Positions 19,050-28,893 of a stretch of DNA of 64,000 nt are shown here, piece after piece. The position numbers and the translations under genes are program-made. The notes beneath the pieces are model-generated. The model searched no databases, was not told the origin of the DNA, and worked only from the letters and a program-made list of their open reading frames with translations. The stretch's first letter is position 1; each line of letters begins with the position of its first letter. The stretch is taken from the IMG/VR virus record IMGVR_UViG_3300045974_000132, positions 222,394 to 286,393 of that record, one strand, 5' to 3'.

Positions 19050-19529
19050 ATGATTTCGTTTTTCTTCTTTACTAAGAAAGCTGTTTACAAGCGGCAGCTT
19101 CTTCGCATTGATGTTGAAACCTCTTATCACAGTTTGAAAGATGCAAGCAAGCGCGTGTGCCCTGAAGTTCTTTTGTTTGCAGCAGCTGGCATATATGACC
19201 ACGATGAAAAGCGGTGGCCTAAGTTCAACTACGATGCGTTGCCTAATCCCAGACTTACTGAATCTGAAACACAAACGATTCTACCGGATGAAGTAAAGGT
19301 TGAAGTCGATCATACCTTCTTCAACATGATGGGTTTATGTTGGCACATCATTTCAGATGATCGCTTTCATCTTGACTTCCGAAACTGCTGCTCTAGGTTT
19401 TGTGAGTTCAATGCTTCATTGAAGATGGGCCAGTCTGCGGAGTGTGAGGCCCTGAAAGAGTTTTTGAAGAGCAGGTGTCATGGACAACTCCATGAAGAGT
19501 CTCTTGCTTATACGTATTTTCCGTTGTAG
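19050..19529 (+). CDS. early hypothetical protein
   Basis: GGAG RBS. Confidence 0.7.
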   Translation: MISFFFFTKKAVYKRQLLRIDVETSYHSLKDASKRVCPEVLLFAAAGIYDHDEKRWPKFNYDALPNPRLTESETQTILPDEVKVEVDHTFFNMMGLCWHIISDDRFHLDFRNCCSRFCEFNASLKMGQSAECEALKEFLKSRCHGQLHEESLAYTYFPL

Positions 19530-19565
19530 TTCAAAACCTGTAGTCAAATCGTGAGGGTAGCTAAA

Positions 19566-20369
19566 ATGAGTTCAGTAGTTAATATAAATAGCGTCGCTGC
19601 TAAAGATGATCGGGTTCATATTGTCTGGAACCATCCCGAGAAGCTTAGTATCACTAGGACATTCATGCGACTGTACGGAAAGACGCTCAAGGGTATTGTT
19701 GTTTCCCAAGCACTGCGCGTTGTTCAGGATACGTGTGTTGCTGAAAATACGCTGGCAGCACATCGTGTTCGTACAAGTATCCCAGGTGCAGCATCCTTTC
19801 CGTGGTTTGATAAATACGTCAAACTGGTTGAAGCTGAACAGCGGTCTGCTATCAAGCATCAAAATGCTGAAGAAGAAGACGCTCCGATGGAAGACATTGC
19901 AGAAGAAGAGGATGAGACGGGCGCTCCTCCTTATCAGCGAACTCTTGAAATCTTTCCTCGTCCCAAGATTCGCAACTTTGAACCTGCTTCTTATTCCAGC
20001 GTGAATGAATTCTATGAACGGAACGTTGAGTTCATTCAAGATAACGCAGGCCGTTTTACTATCGAACAAGCTTCCAGCATCGTTAAGCTACTGACGGGCA
20101 GCTTCGGTGCTTCGATACTTGGTAAGAAGTCTGGCCCTATAGTCGCACTGGTTAGCAATAACAGTTACTTCCAATTCCTGGCAGACAGTAGCGAACAGTC
20201 TTGCAAACACATCGTTGTTGTTTCGGTTGAAGACATTAAGCACAACAAGGATGTACTCAGCGAAGCTTCTGAAATCTTTTCTATCGAAAATGAAGGCCGT
20301 CAATTTGACTTTGACGTTACCCGTATTACTTTCGGTGGCTTCGTTAAGTTTCTAAAAGAAGGATGCTAA
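19566..20369 (+). CDS. early hypothetical protein with acidic linker
   Basis: GAGG RBS before ATG 19566. Confidence 0.75.
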   Translation: MSSVVNINSVAAKDDRVHIVWNHPEKLSITRTFMRLYGKTLKGIVVSQALRVVQDTCVAENTLAAHRVRTSIPGAASFPWFDKYVKLVEAEQRSAIKHQNAEEEDAPMEDIAEEEDETGAPPYQRTLEIFPRPKIRNFEPASYSSVNEFYERNVEFIQDNAGRFTIEQASSIVKLLTGSFGASILGKKSGPIVALVSNNSYFQFLADSSEQSCKHIVVVSVEDIKHNKDVLSEASEIFSIENEGRQFDFDVTRITFGGFVKFLKEGC

Positions 20370-20752
20370 CACGAAACCTATACAACGCCGTTATCAATAT
20401 TAAGATAACGGCGTTGTCAAAGAACTACGATGCAGCCCGTAGTCTAGTTCGTAAGGTTGCAAGCAAAATTCGTGAGCAGAGTAGGAAGACAAAAAGAGGA
20501 TTTGGAATTCCAAACTTCAGCCTCTCTTGTGCAATCTCTTCACTTCGTAAAGCAGAAAACTACGAAGGCCAGTATGATGCAAACTTGGTAGTAACTATAT
20601 TGGTTGAAGAGGCGACTATTCACAAAGCAGAACTCTTTACAGGCTCTTCTTCAAAGCGTATTAAAGAGGAAGCAAGGAAGCACAAAAAAGAACTTGGGTT
20701 TACTCTGGTTTGTAAAGTCGCCAGCGTAAGTCATATAAAACGTTTGATCTAA
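20363..20752 (+). CDS. early hypothetical basic protein
   Basis: Tightly packed ORF. Confidence 0.65.
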   Translation: MLTRNLYNAVINIKITALSKNYDAARSLVRKVASKIREQSRKTKRGFGIPNFSLSCAISSLRKAENYEGQYDANLVVTILVEEATIHKAELFTGSSSKRIKEEARKHKKELGFTLVCKVASVSHIKRLI

Positions 20753-20755
20753 AGG

Positions 20756-21658
20756 GTGGGTGAAATGTCTTCAATAGATGGTTCAAAAGTTTTTGAAACA
20801 CGTTGGAACTGCAATGCGCTGTACGGAAAGTTTACTGGGCGCTTCTTGCTCCCTTTGCTTGATAGCACCCTTCTTGGCAACCTTCTGTGCGTCAAGGAAG
20901 ACGTTTATGACTTTTACAATTTCTTTCCGCAAATTGCTAATCGTTTTCCTGAACCGTATCGGGATAAGATGGTCGCTGTGAAATATGGTTATGCTCCTGC
21001 TACTAAAGCAAACCTATTTACACTGCTGAAGCAATCAATCGAACTGGCCGCACTTTTTGATCTGCCCTTGTCTGTTGATGCTTTGAAGCAAGAAATACGA
21101 ACTGCGATCTTGGGTAAGAATGTGTATGTTCGGTATATCAATGTGTATAAGACTTCAGGAAGATGTGAAGCAACCCTTGTTCATCCGAAGCAGCTTGCCC
21201 GAGAGGCGCGTGAAGAAGCCGAGACTCTACGTCGGAATAAAAGCATAACTGTTCATCTGTGCGATGACACTGTTCCTATTAAAGCACCTGTTGTGAAGCC
21301 TGATCCCGTTGTTGCTGCGGTAGTACCACCGAAAGTTGTTGAAGCTAAGCCTGAACCCAAAGCTGAGCCTGCTATTGCTGCTGAACCAGAAGATGAAGAG
21401 TACGCTCATATAAATACGAACTTGCCTTCGGTGTGCGGCTTCCCAGAAGCGGGTATGTCTGAAACGTTTTGCTTCTGCGGTGTTCCTGAATACGAGTATC
21501 AAGATCCGTATGACACGTTTGATACTGAGTTGCACAGCATACTTAGGCATATGCCTAAAGCAGGTTTGTTCTCGCGTACTTACTTATTAGGTGACGGTAA
21601 AGATTACATTCAACTGCCTGTTGTGTCTACCGTTGATCGTGATTGGTTGAAACATTGA
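20756..21658 (+). CDS. early hypothetical protein with Pro/Ala/Glu linker
   Basis: 300 aa ORF. Confidence 0.75.
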   Translation: MGEMSSIDGSKVFETRWNCNALYGKFTGRFLLPLLDSTLLGNLLCVKEDVYDFYNFFPQIANRFPEPYRDKMVAVKYGYAPATKANLFTLLKQSIELAALFDLPLSVDALKQEIRTAILGKNVYVRYINVYKTSGRCEATLVHPKQLAREAREEAETLRRNKSITVHLCDDTVPIKAPVVKPDPVVAAVVPPKVVEAKPEPKAEPAIAAEPEDEEYAHINTNLPSVCGFPEAGMSETFCFCGVPEYEYQDPYDTFDTELHSILRHMPKAGLFSRTYLLGDGKDYIQLPVVSTVDRDWLKH

Positions 21659-21674
21659 TAACGCGGGGAATGAA

Positions 21675-21989
21675 ATGCCTATCAATAAACTCAAAGGTGC
21701 TTCACAGATGGTTGCGAACATGCTCAAGCGTGACAACACGCCTGTTCGTACAGAAGCTGTTGAGGAACTCCTGAATGTTGTCGCTGATGTTGAGTCGGGT
21801 TATGCTAAAAGCCGTGAACGTGCTTTGACTCAAGCGCGTAAGGCCGATGAACTTTCTGACATGCTTGAGAAGGTAACTAAGCTGTGGGAAGATCGCTTTC
21901 AAGCAGCTGGGTTGGAAGGCGTTACTTTTCATCCTGACATTGTTGCATGTGTCAAGGACTCACGCTCTCTTTTGAATCGAAAGGGTTGA
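21675..21989 (+). CDS. early hypothetical protein
   Basis: RBS, packed ORF. Confidence 0.7.
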   Translation: MPINKLKGASQMVANMLKRDNTPVRTEAVEELLNVVADVESGYAKSRERALTQARKADELSDMLEKVTKLWEDRFQAAGLEGVTFHPDIVACVKDSRSLLNRKG

Positions 21990-21991
21990 AA

Positions 21992-22405
21992 ATGGATTTG
22001 TTTCTTTTAGTAAATGACCATGAGAAGAAGTATGCTTTTGCTCCTGCTCATTCTCAATTCAATCTGGGTGATACGTGGGTACCTACTTGGATTTCTGATT
22101 GCGCTGACTACGCAGGTACTTACTTACTTCCTTGTAAGGATATGCGCGATGAAGTACAACATTATGTAGCACCTGACTACGCAGAAGTACCGTTTCAAGA
22201 ATTGGTTCCTACAATCGGTTGGGTGCTTCGTTCTGACTATCGTGTGTTCCTCAAGTTGTACAAAGAAACGTATGCTGCTACCCAACGTCGCGGTCAAGCT
22301 TTTCTGAATCACTTCAATGATCGCTTCCCTGATCCTTGGCCTGAACTCTTCTACTGCGAAGATGACAACAAGGTGATGGCAATGCTTAACGATAAGGTGT
22401 TCTAA
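21992..22405 (+). CDS. early hypothetical protein
   Basis: Start MDLFLL. C-terminus QRRGQAFLN..ELFY. Confidence 0.7.
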   Translation: MDLFLLVNDHEKKYAFAPAHSQFNLGDTWVPTWISDCADYAGTYLLPCKDMRDEVQHYVAPDYAEVPFQELVPTIGWVLRSDYRVFLKLYKETYAATQRRGQAFLNHFNDRFPDPWPELFYCEDDNKVMAMLNDKVF

Positions 22406-22406
22406 C

Positions 22407-22634
22407 ATGGCACGCATTAAACTTGTGAAACTCGACATCCCTTACACTGTGCGCGAGACTACCGAAAAGAATTATACGGTGCAGCAAGCTCTTGAAGCTG
22501 CCAGTGTTCGTGTTAATGGCCGGCCGATTTGCCTTGATGCAATTAGACGCCGTAGTCGTGATGAAAAGATCACGCTGGTCGAGTTGAACGAAATCGCTGA
22601 TTCTGTTGTTGACGATACTCATTACTACGGGTGA
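22407..22634 (+). CDS. early hypothetical protein
   Basis: Packed ORF. Confidence 0.65.
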   Translation: MARIKLVKLDIPYTVRETTEKNYTVQQALEAASVRVNGRPICLDAIRRRSRDEKITLVELNEIADSVVDDTHYYG

Positions 22635-22638
22635 CACT

Positions 22639-22986
22639 ATGTTTGCAAACCAGTTTGTTTCACTTACGAATGGGTTTACTGATCGACAACGAATTGCCGC
22701 CGAGCTACTAATTATCGGTGTAGCTTTTCAAAGAACCAATACAACTTGGCAAGTTATTTCAATCGAAGGTGACGATCTAGGTGTTATAAGCACCTTCGTT
22801 GTTTCTGAAACAGCTTGTATGTTAAAGAAATGCGGTTTGAAGTCTAATGCCGCTAAGAAATTTTATATGGGCATGGACAAGCCTTATATAACTTTTGCTC
22901 ACGATGACAAGCTTTCTAGTATTCCTGATGAAGTAGTTCGTGAAATGCTTGATCGTCGCTTTCGCAACCCTGTTACCTTAATGTGA
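22639..22986 (+). CDS. early hypothetical protein
   Basis: Start MFANQ. Confidence 0.65.
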   Translation: MFANQFVSLTNGFTDRQRIAAELLIIGVAFQRTNTTWQVISIEGDDLGVISTFVVSETACMLKKCGLKSNAAKKFYMGMDKPYITFAHDDKLSSIPDEVVREMLDRRFRNPVTLM

Positions 22987-23570
22987 GGTTGGTCATGTAC
23001 TCCTTCTCTAAGTTGTTAAATACGTTCCGTGTAGGTACTGCTGTGTGGTGCAGCAACAATGCAACGGTGTCTCGTTTGCTAGCCTGTGTAGCATTCAATC
23101 TTGCAACTGGCCGCTCTAACGAAAATCAAAATGTGGCTTACACCTACTCGATGTTTAGCCGTAACACTGATTGTATGAAGTACATATTGGAAGGCTTGCA
23201 GTATCCGGAGTTCTACGAAGACGCAATGCGTATCTTGATTGAAGATTCTGAAAAAGGGATTATCTGGAAACGTGAACTCCATCATGCTTTCAATTACTTT
23301 TCGATCTACTATGATCGACAGAGTAAATACACATGCCAGTCCATCAGTATTGACTTCAATCAGTCTGGCCCTCGGGTGTTTCTCCGTGAGAAAAAGATGC
23401 TTCGCTATTTCGAGGAATGTTGTCGTCTCCATGCTCAAGGTATGATTGAAAACATCATTTACTTTGACACTGAAATGGATGAACTTGATTCAGCCCTAGA
23501 CAGTATCTGCCTTGATGATCGTGAGTCAGACTATGATGAAGACCCTCACTACAACGGCTACCAAGATTAA
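22983..23570 (+). CDS. early hypothetical protein with acidic C-terminus
   Basis: Packed ORF. The start may be the internal ATG. Confidence 0.7.
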   Translation: MRLVMYSFSKLLNTFRVGTAVWCSNNATVSRLLACVAFNLATGRSNENQNVAYTYSMFSRNTDCMKYILEGLQYPEFYEDAMRILIEDSEKGIIWKRELHHAFNYFSIYYDRQSKYTCQSISIDFNQSGPRVFLREKKMLRYFEECCRLHAQGMIENIIYFDTEMDELDSALDSICLDDRESDYDEDPHYNGYQD

Positions 23571-23578
23571 GGACTAGC

Positions 23579-23788
23579 ATGTTCGATCTATTAATGTATG
23601 CGCTCATAGTATTTGCTATGTCCTTCATAAGTGACCAGATAATTGAAGCTCCTCACTTTGAAATAGCTGTCCTAAATTGCAAAGATCATGGCAGCTTAAA
23701 GTCACTTGAAGCTAGTTCCTACTTCGGCAAGAAAGCTTTTACTGCTCATTGTACTGACGGTACTAGCATTACGGAGAAAACAAAATGA
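23579..23788 (+). CDS. small membrane-anchored protein
   Basis: Hydrophobic N-terminus, AAGGA RBS. Confidence 0.65.
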   Translation: MFDLLMYALIVFAMSFISDQIIEAPHFEIAVLNCKDHGSLKSLEASSYFGKKAFTAHCTDGTSITEKTK

Positions 23789-24006
23789 AAGTAGGCGTCG
23801 TTACACGTAGGCTGGTTCTAAGTCCAAATCTTCACTACGATCCGGTTGTCAGTGCTGTGTTCGAGGATCCAAATGATCCCGAGATTGATGACTTGGAACA
23901 TTACTTCAAGTCTCGCATGGACGATCATGCTAAGGAATTCGCAGCAAAGTTTGTTGAGTTCAAGGATGCTGAATGGCATCTTACTGTGATGGACACTTTG
24001 AAATGA
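23785..24006 (+). CDS. early hypothetical protein
   Basis: ATGA coupling, GGAG RBS. Confidence 0.65.
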   Translation: MKVGVVTRRLVLSPNLHYDPVVSAVFEDPNDPEIDDLEHYFKSRMDDHAKEFAAKFVEFKDAEWHLTVMDTLK

Positions 24007-24075
24007 AAGTAAATGTGTATGAGGCTATTCGGCCTCTACTAGATTAACTAAGTAGCAAAACGTTTGGAGACTGCA

Positions 24076-24651
24076 ATGCTCAAATTGCCAGATTTTATTC
24101 CCTTCCCCAAAGATGCAAAGGTGCGATTTCTTGATGTACCCGAGATACCACAATTCAATATCCGTCCAGACCCAGAAGTTGCATCGCGCTTGGGCCTAGG
24201 TACCGACGCCCATTTTGATTACATCAAGCGTAATGCTTGCGAAGCGTGGGAGTCTTTAGCGGACTTGCACGTAAAAGTCTTGAACTGTGAGACTGTACCT
24301 GTTAGAGGGCGCCACTCGCATTCTGAAAACGAAACGGACGCAGAACAACGGGCTCACTGTATGGGTTGTATCATTGAAAAGAAGCAAGCTGAAGGGCGTC
24401 CCGTTGTTCGCGTCCAGGTTATGGCACTTCGTGATGTGCAACCTGTCGAGCTTGTTGAAACACCTGTTGTTCCTCAGCAGCACAAAAAGAAACGCTGGAT
24501 GTCCGAAACGTATCACAGACGAACGCAAAAGAAATGGAACAAGAAGGTTGCGGGTTTGACTGAGCTTCGGCCTAAGCAGGAGACAGTTATGATTTCAATG
24601 TCTCAGGCAGCGTTCAAAGCAATCTCCAATAAATTTGCAGGACAATACTAA
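24076..24651 (+). CDS. early hypothetical protein
   Basis: GGAG RBS. Basic HKKKRW..QKKWNKK segment. Confidence 0.7.
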   Translation: MLKLPDFIPFPKDAKVRFLDVPEIPQFNIRPDPEVASRLGLGTDAHFDYIKRNACEAWESLADLHVKVLNCETVPVRGRHSHSENETDAEQRAHCMGCIIEKKQAEGRPVVRVQVMALRDVQPVELVETPVVPQQHKKKRWMSETYHRRTQKKWNKKVAGLTELRPKQETVMISMSQAAFKAISNKFAGQY

Positions 24652-24652
24652 A

Positions 24653-24883
24653 ATGGCAACAATCGAAATCAACGACATGTCTGCTATGTCAATGGCCGCT
24701 CAGGTGTTTACTGAACTCAGCGATGAACAGTATGCAAAGCTGTACAACCGAATTGTTCGTGAAGGCAAGTATCGTCGCAATCTCGATTTTGAAGCGTTGG
24801 TTAAAAAGACTCAACGCTCTTGGGGAGCAGAACCTGTGAAGCATTCAAAATCAGTGGATGCAGACGAAACTATGGGGCTTTAA
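24653..24883 (+). CDS. early hypothetical protein
   Basis: Start MATIE. Confidence 0.65.
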   Translation: MATIEINDMSAMSMAAQVFTELSDEQYAKLYNRIVREGKYRRNLDFEALVKKTQRSWGAEPVKHSKSVDADETMGL

Positions 24884-24884
24884 C

Positions 24885-25115
24885 ATGGCTGATTCAAAAT
24901 GTATTCTGCCCCACAAGGATGTTCATATAACGACATTCATTGCCAACAACTTTTCTAACAGCGGTCTTATGCACAAGCCTGTTGTCGAGCTAGGCTTCAC
25001 AAAGATGACAGATGGTACTTTCTGGTCAAGCTTGCAGTTAAATTCCAGGAAGGATGCTTTGACTCTTGCTAATGCAATCCTCGAAGCTGCTGAATTTTTA
25101 CCGGAGAATTCATAA
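24885..25115 (+). CDS. early hypothetical protein
   Basis: Start MADSK. Confidence 0.65.
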   Translation: MADSKCILPHKDVHITTFIANNFSNSGLMHKPVVELGFTKMTDGTFWSSLQLNSRKDALTLANAILEAAEFLPENS

Positions 25116-25666
25116 TGACGAAATTCAAACGAATCAAAGCAGGTGAACTTGCGGCCATCTTGTTGCAGAACCCTGAGCAGTATGTAGTGGTCGAAGATCA
25201 AGAGTGCTGCCTTGTAGCTCATGATAGTATTGCTGTTACACAAGTAAACCATGAGCACCTAGGCCCTTGCGTGAATCTTATTGTTCTTCCACCGGCCGAA
25301 CGCAAACCAAACTTTCAGTACCGTGCAGAAGAAGCTACACCTAAAGCTCAGTGCCTCAGTTTCACCGCCGGCGATGACAGTGAAAAGATTTTGACGCCGT
25401 ACAAGTATCGCAGCCTACCTTGCACTAACTCAACGCATTCAGTTTGCGGTACTGACAAGCTAAGCGGCCAAGGGGTTCTTGAATGGTGCAGCACTCTTTT
25501 AGATGCTCAGATAATGTTTGACAGAATGTCTGAGTATGCTCAGTTTGAAAATCTTACAATTCGCTGTAATCTGGATACCAACATGGACGAAGAAGTCAAA
25601 CAACAACCCGTACCTCCAGGCCATCATGTACGCTTAAGGTGGTCATCACTGGGTGCAGGAAGTTGA
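25115..25666 (+). CDS. early hypothetical protein
   Basis: TAATG coupling. Confidence 0.7.
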   Translation: MTKFKRIKAGELAAILLQNPEQYVVVEDQECCLVAHDSIAVTQVNHEHLGPCVNLIVLPPAERKPNFQYRAEEATPKAQCLSFTAGDDSEKILTPYKYRSLPCTNSTHSVCGTDKLSGQGVLEWCSTLLDAQIMFDRMSEYAQFENLTIRCNLDTNMDEEVKQQPVPPGHHVRLRWSSLGAGS

Positions 25667-25958
25667 TTTCGATGGGCGTCTCGGTGAGACAATCGTTCTT
25701 CAGTGGGCTCCCGGTGTAAAGCGTTGGGTGCATTCTGGTAATCTTGCTACAGGCACTTACGTGAATATCGAAGGCTGGAAGTATGTTGCTGCGTGTCCTA
25801 TGCCTCCCTTCGAGAAAGCAGAAGACCTGACTATCGAGGAGCTTTCAAGCATTGCTTTTACGGTGGGTGTTGAAGAACATGGCCCACTGACAAGGAACTG
25901 GAGCTTTGAACAAAAGCAGCTTCTTGCATTCGTCAAAGCTTTGACCAATCATGCCTAA
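25653..25958 (+). CDS. early hypothetical protein
   Basis: Packed ORF. Confidence 0.55.
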   Translation: MQEVDFDGRLGETIVLQWAPGVKRWVHSGNLATGTYVNIEGWKYVAACPMPPFEKAEDLTIEELSSIAFTVGVEEHGPLTRNWSFEQKQLLAFVKALTNHA

Positions 25959-26163
25959 CTGCGACAACTGCGGGAGACCACATACGCGGAAACGGTTTTG
26001 CAGCAACAAGTGTAAAGATATTTATCACAATCGAAACAATCCTCGCGGTCTTGCTTTACAAAGAAACGATGAAGGTGAGAGTATCGAGCATGATGAACAC
26101 ACTGCTGCAATGGACGGGGCAACGACTGGTTGGGATGAAGGTGGCTGGTTGGGGGACGATTAA
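25951..26163 (+). CDS. small Cys4 zinc-finger protein
   Basis: CDNCG..RFCSNKC. Confidence 0.7.
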   Translation: MPNCDNCGRPHTRKRFCSNKCKDIYHNRNNPRGLALQRNDEGESIEHDEHTAAMDGATTGWDEGGWLGDD

Positions 26164-26178
26164 GTCTGAGGAGTAACT

Positions 26179-26343
26179 GTGTTTAAAGTACATATAAAAT
26201 ATACGGACGCTAAAGGTAACATTCATTACTGCCCGTATGAAATTAGCGCAAAAACTCGGGAAGAAGCTGGAACAAAAGCTTTGGCAGCAGCTTCAAGAAA
26301 TCGTCAGACCAATGCTTCTGTCCATTCGACTCGACAATTGTAG
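26179..26343 (+). CDS. small hypothetical protein (54 aa, GTG start, not in track)
   Basis: GAGGAG RBS, MFKVHIKYTDAKGN..RQL. Confidence 0.6.
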   Translation: MFKVHIKYTDAKGNIHYCPYEISAKTREEAGTKALAAASRNRQTNASVHSTRQL

Positions 26344-26355
26344 TAGGAGAAAATC

Positions 26356-26565
26356 GTGAACATGATTACGAAAGAAGAGGTAGAAGTGAAACGCTACAAG
26401 AACTCTGAAAAGGTTCCTGAGGTCGATGACGTAGTTGATACGGGCTATGAAAAGCAAGTAGTTGGACAACTCGGTGGCTGCATGACGATGTTTCAGAATT
26501 GCACGTTCGGTAGCACGTTCGTTCTGACGCATCCCGAAGAATGTACTTTGGTCAAAGGAGCCTAA
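26356..26565 (+). CDS. early hypothetical protein
   Basis: TAGGAG RBS. Confidence 0.65.
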   Translation: MNMITKEEVEVKRYKNSEKVPEVDDVVDTGYEKQVVGQLGGCMTMFQNCTFGSTFVLTHPEECTLVKGA

Positions 26566-26566
26566 C

Positions 26567-26998
26567 ATGGCTACGGTTAAGAAACCAATTAAAGAGCCTA
26601 GCATTCGCAATGCTGGCTACACGCTTACTTACAAGCAAATCGCTTTTGAAGATACGCGCTGCCACTTTCTAACTTCCAACTCTACAGAGGTTGCGCGTTT
26701 CAAGAAGGGTCAGTTCAGTATTGAATTCCTGACCGCTTTTACGTCTGCTCAATTGAAAGACTATGCAAAGCTTGTTGAGGCTTACGACAAGTGGCTTGAT
26801 ACTCAACCGAAGTATTCTCTTTCAAAGAAAGCTGCTACGATGGTCGATAATGTCATCAAGGCGGCACGGGATCAGGCGTGGGCTGAAGAATCAAGCGGCG
26901 CTTCTGCTGTAGATAAAGCTGACAAGAAGTTGCAGTTTGTTTCTGTCTTACTTCATACCTATATCGCCGAACTGGAGCAGCGTCCATCATGTACGTAA
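26567..26998 (+). CDS. early hypothetical protein
   Basis: AAGGAG RBS. Confidence 0.7.
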   Translation: MATVKKPIKEPSIRNAGYTLTYKQIAFEDTRCHFLTSNSTEVARFKKGQFSIEFLTAFTSAQLKDYAKLVEAYDKWLDTQPKYSLSKKAATMVDNVIKAARDQAWAEESSGASAVDKADKKLQFVSVLLHTYIAELEQRPSCT

Positions 26999-27324
26999 CT
27001 ATTAATCAAGCTGTAAATTTCTGGCATGAACTTGTCGGGTGTTATTATTCAGACAACGGATTCGGCGGTGACACTGCTGAAATCTATATCCATACGATGA
27101 TGGAGCACAGTAATAGCTACGCTCAAAAGATGGAAGGTAACTCTTCAGAAGAAGCTCGACGTAATGCTTGCCAAGCGATGTACAATCTGTGCAAGAAGTT
27201 TGAAGCACTGTACAACTGCAAGGTAGAGTTTGCAGACGGGGCTTCTATTGAAGTTTTGAATCAGCAGCCCTTGTCGTGGCGCATACACCTTAAAGTAGTT
27301 CGTGGAGACCAAAATGGCTCATGA
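26989..27324 (+). CDS. early hypothetical protein
   Basis: Packed ORF. Confidence 0.7.
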   Translation: MYVTINQAVNFWHELVGCYYSDNGFGGDTAEIYIHTMMEHSNSYAQKMEGNSSEEARRNACQAMYNLCKKFEALYNCKVEFADGASIEVLNQQPLSWRIHLKVVRGDQNGS

Positions 27325-27517
27325 GAAACTTAAAGAGATTTACAAACAAGCTCGGTGCTTACGAATGTCGACCAATGACTTCGCATTGGAAGACTGGGAA
27401 ATAAAATTCGCAGAAGCGATTGTACGTGATTGTGCTACCCTCGTAAATAAAAATGACTTTGAAGGTAGCAAGCTCGGTGACTCACTTCTTTTTGAACACT
27501 TTGGACTCGGGAAATAA
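27314..27517 (+). CDS. early hypothetical protein
   Basis: Start MAHEK. KFAEAIVRDCA motif. Confidence 0.65.
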   Translation: MAHEKLKEIYKQARCLRMSTNDFALEDWEIKFAEAIVRDCATLVNKNDFEGSKLGDSLLFEHFGLGK

Positions 27518-27518
27518 A

Positions 27519-27899
27519 ATGCCGCTGGCTAAGAAAGAAGTCTATATTGGGTATTGGAATAACAGCCATAATCAATACCCTCAGTTCGGGATGCCTGTCG
27601 ATGTGGGATGTGACAATACTAAGGTTGTCAGCGAACTGGAAGCTGTGTTCGAGATACTTACTTGGTCTACCGCGCGAAAGGTTGACTACACAGTGGAAGC
27701 CTACCGCGGCCTGTCAGGGTGTCGTATATGTGGGATCATGAATGGTAATGAGGAACACGAAGTAACGTTGGGCGATACTAAGTACCTCATACCTAAGGGA
27801 TACGTGCATTATCTGAAAGATCATCATATTGCGCCTGATCCTCAGCTACAAACGATGTTCAATGAAGTAAAACGACTCGTAGGCGAAGGCCACCGGTAG
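27519..27899 (+). CDS. early hypothetical protein (CRIC..HY..H metal-binding-like)
   Basis: YRGLSGCRICG and YVHYLKDH. Confidence 0.7.
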   Translation: MPLAKKEVYIGYWNNSHNQYPQFGMPVDVGCDNTKVVSELEAVFEILTWSTARKVDYTVEAYRGLSGCRICGIMNGNEEHEVTLGDTKYLIPKGYVHYLKDHHIAPDPQLQTMFNEVKRLVGEGHR

Positions 27900-27948
27900 T
27901 AACGTATCTACTACCTGTAACCAAAGATTACCAATTGTGGAGAATAAA

Positions 27949-28596
27949 ATGTCTAAAAATTATCCTGTAGGTGTGTGGACTGCGGAAGGGGCTTCTGTCT
28001 TTCGCGTTCAGCACTCAGGCAGCTATCGTCGTGGCGAACCTATTACTTCAAATGATTTCTACATGCGCGTTCAGCCTGGGTATCAAATGGCGACAGAGCA
28101 ACAAGCTGAAGACTTGGCGAAGAAACTCGAAACACTTCTTCGCCTTGAAGACTACTCTGACAAGCTCGACTACAATCAAGCGCCTGGCCGTGTATTCACA
28201 ATCTACAACGGCGATCATGGCCAGTACTGGAATCCAAGTTGCGAAGGCAAGGACGGTCATTGGTATGAAGATCAATACCTGAGCCGTCGTTACGCAGATC
28301 CCTTCGATGCTCTGTGCGAAGTGTTGCGTATGGTTCGCTACAGGATAATCGAAAACTTTGAAGATGTTCGTATCGTTCCCCAAGACTCTGAGCATTTTAA
28401 GAATCCGCTCAACGTCGAAGGCAAACCGTTTGTTGTTCTCAAGGGCTTGAAAGAAGGTAATGTTTTCTTTACCTCGTCTAGCAAGGATGACAACCCTACG
28501 CTACTATATACAGGTGTTGTTGCCTACACTGTCTGTGAATACGTAGATACGGTTGAAGAAGCACAGGCAGCAATTCCTAAGTATTATAGTCGTTAG
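27949..28596 (+). CDS. early hypothetical protein
   Basis: GGAG RBS before MSKNY. Confidence 0.7.
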   Translation: MSKNYPVGVWTAEGASVFRVQHSGSYRRGEPITSNDFYMRVQPGYQMATEQQAEDLAKKLETLLRLEDYSDKLDYNQAPGRVFTIYNGDHGQYWNPSCEGKDGHWYEDQYLSRRYADPFDALCEVLRMVRYRIIENFEDVRIVPQDSEHFKNPLNVEGKPFVVLKGLKEGNVFFTSSSKDDNPTLLYTGVVAYTVCEYVDTVEEAQAAIPKYYSR

Positions 28597-28631
28597 TCGT
28601 TGATCGTAATCGTTTCTTAAAGGGAGTAAAA

Positions 28632-28892
28632 ATGAAACTCGTAACAAAAGCTGTTTGTACCATTGTATTTACGCTAGTCGCAGGACTGCTGTATAAAGCA
28701 CTGTTGCCCGTTGCGGCGGTGCTTGCAAATCCTGTGATCGTCAACCAACTTGAACATTCTGACGCGGCCTTCGTTGCAAGTCAGTATGTCGGCGACGGTA
28801 GCTCCTGGGCACGCATTGCTGTTCTGGTGTTCTACTTCTTAATCATGGCTCTTATCTGGCTTGCAATCCCTACTAACAAAGGAACTAAGTAA
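28632..28892 (+). CDS. two-TM membrane protein
   Basis: Two hydrophobic helices. Directly precedes the SPFH gene. Confidence 0.75.
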   Translation: MKLVTKAVCTIVFTLVAGLLYKALLPVAAVLANPVIVNQLEHSDAAFVASQYVGDGSSWARIAVLVFYFLIMALIWLAIPTNKGTK

Positions 28893-28893
28893 C

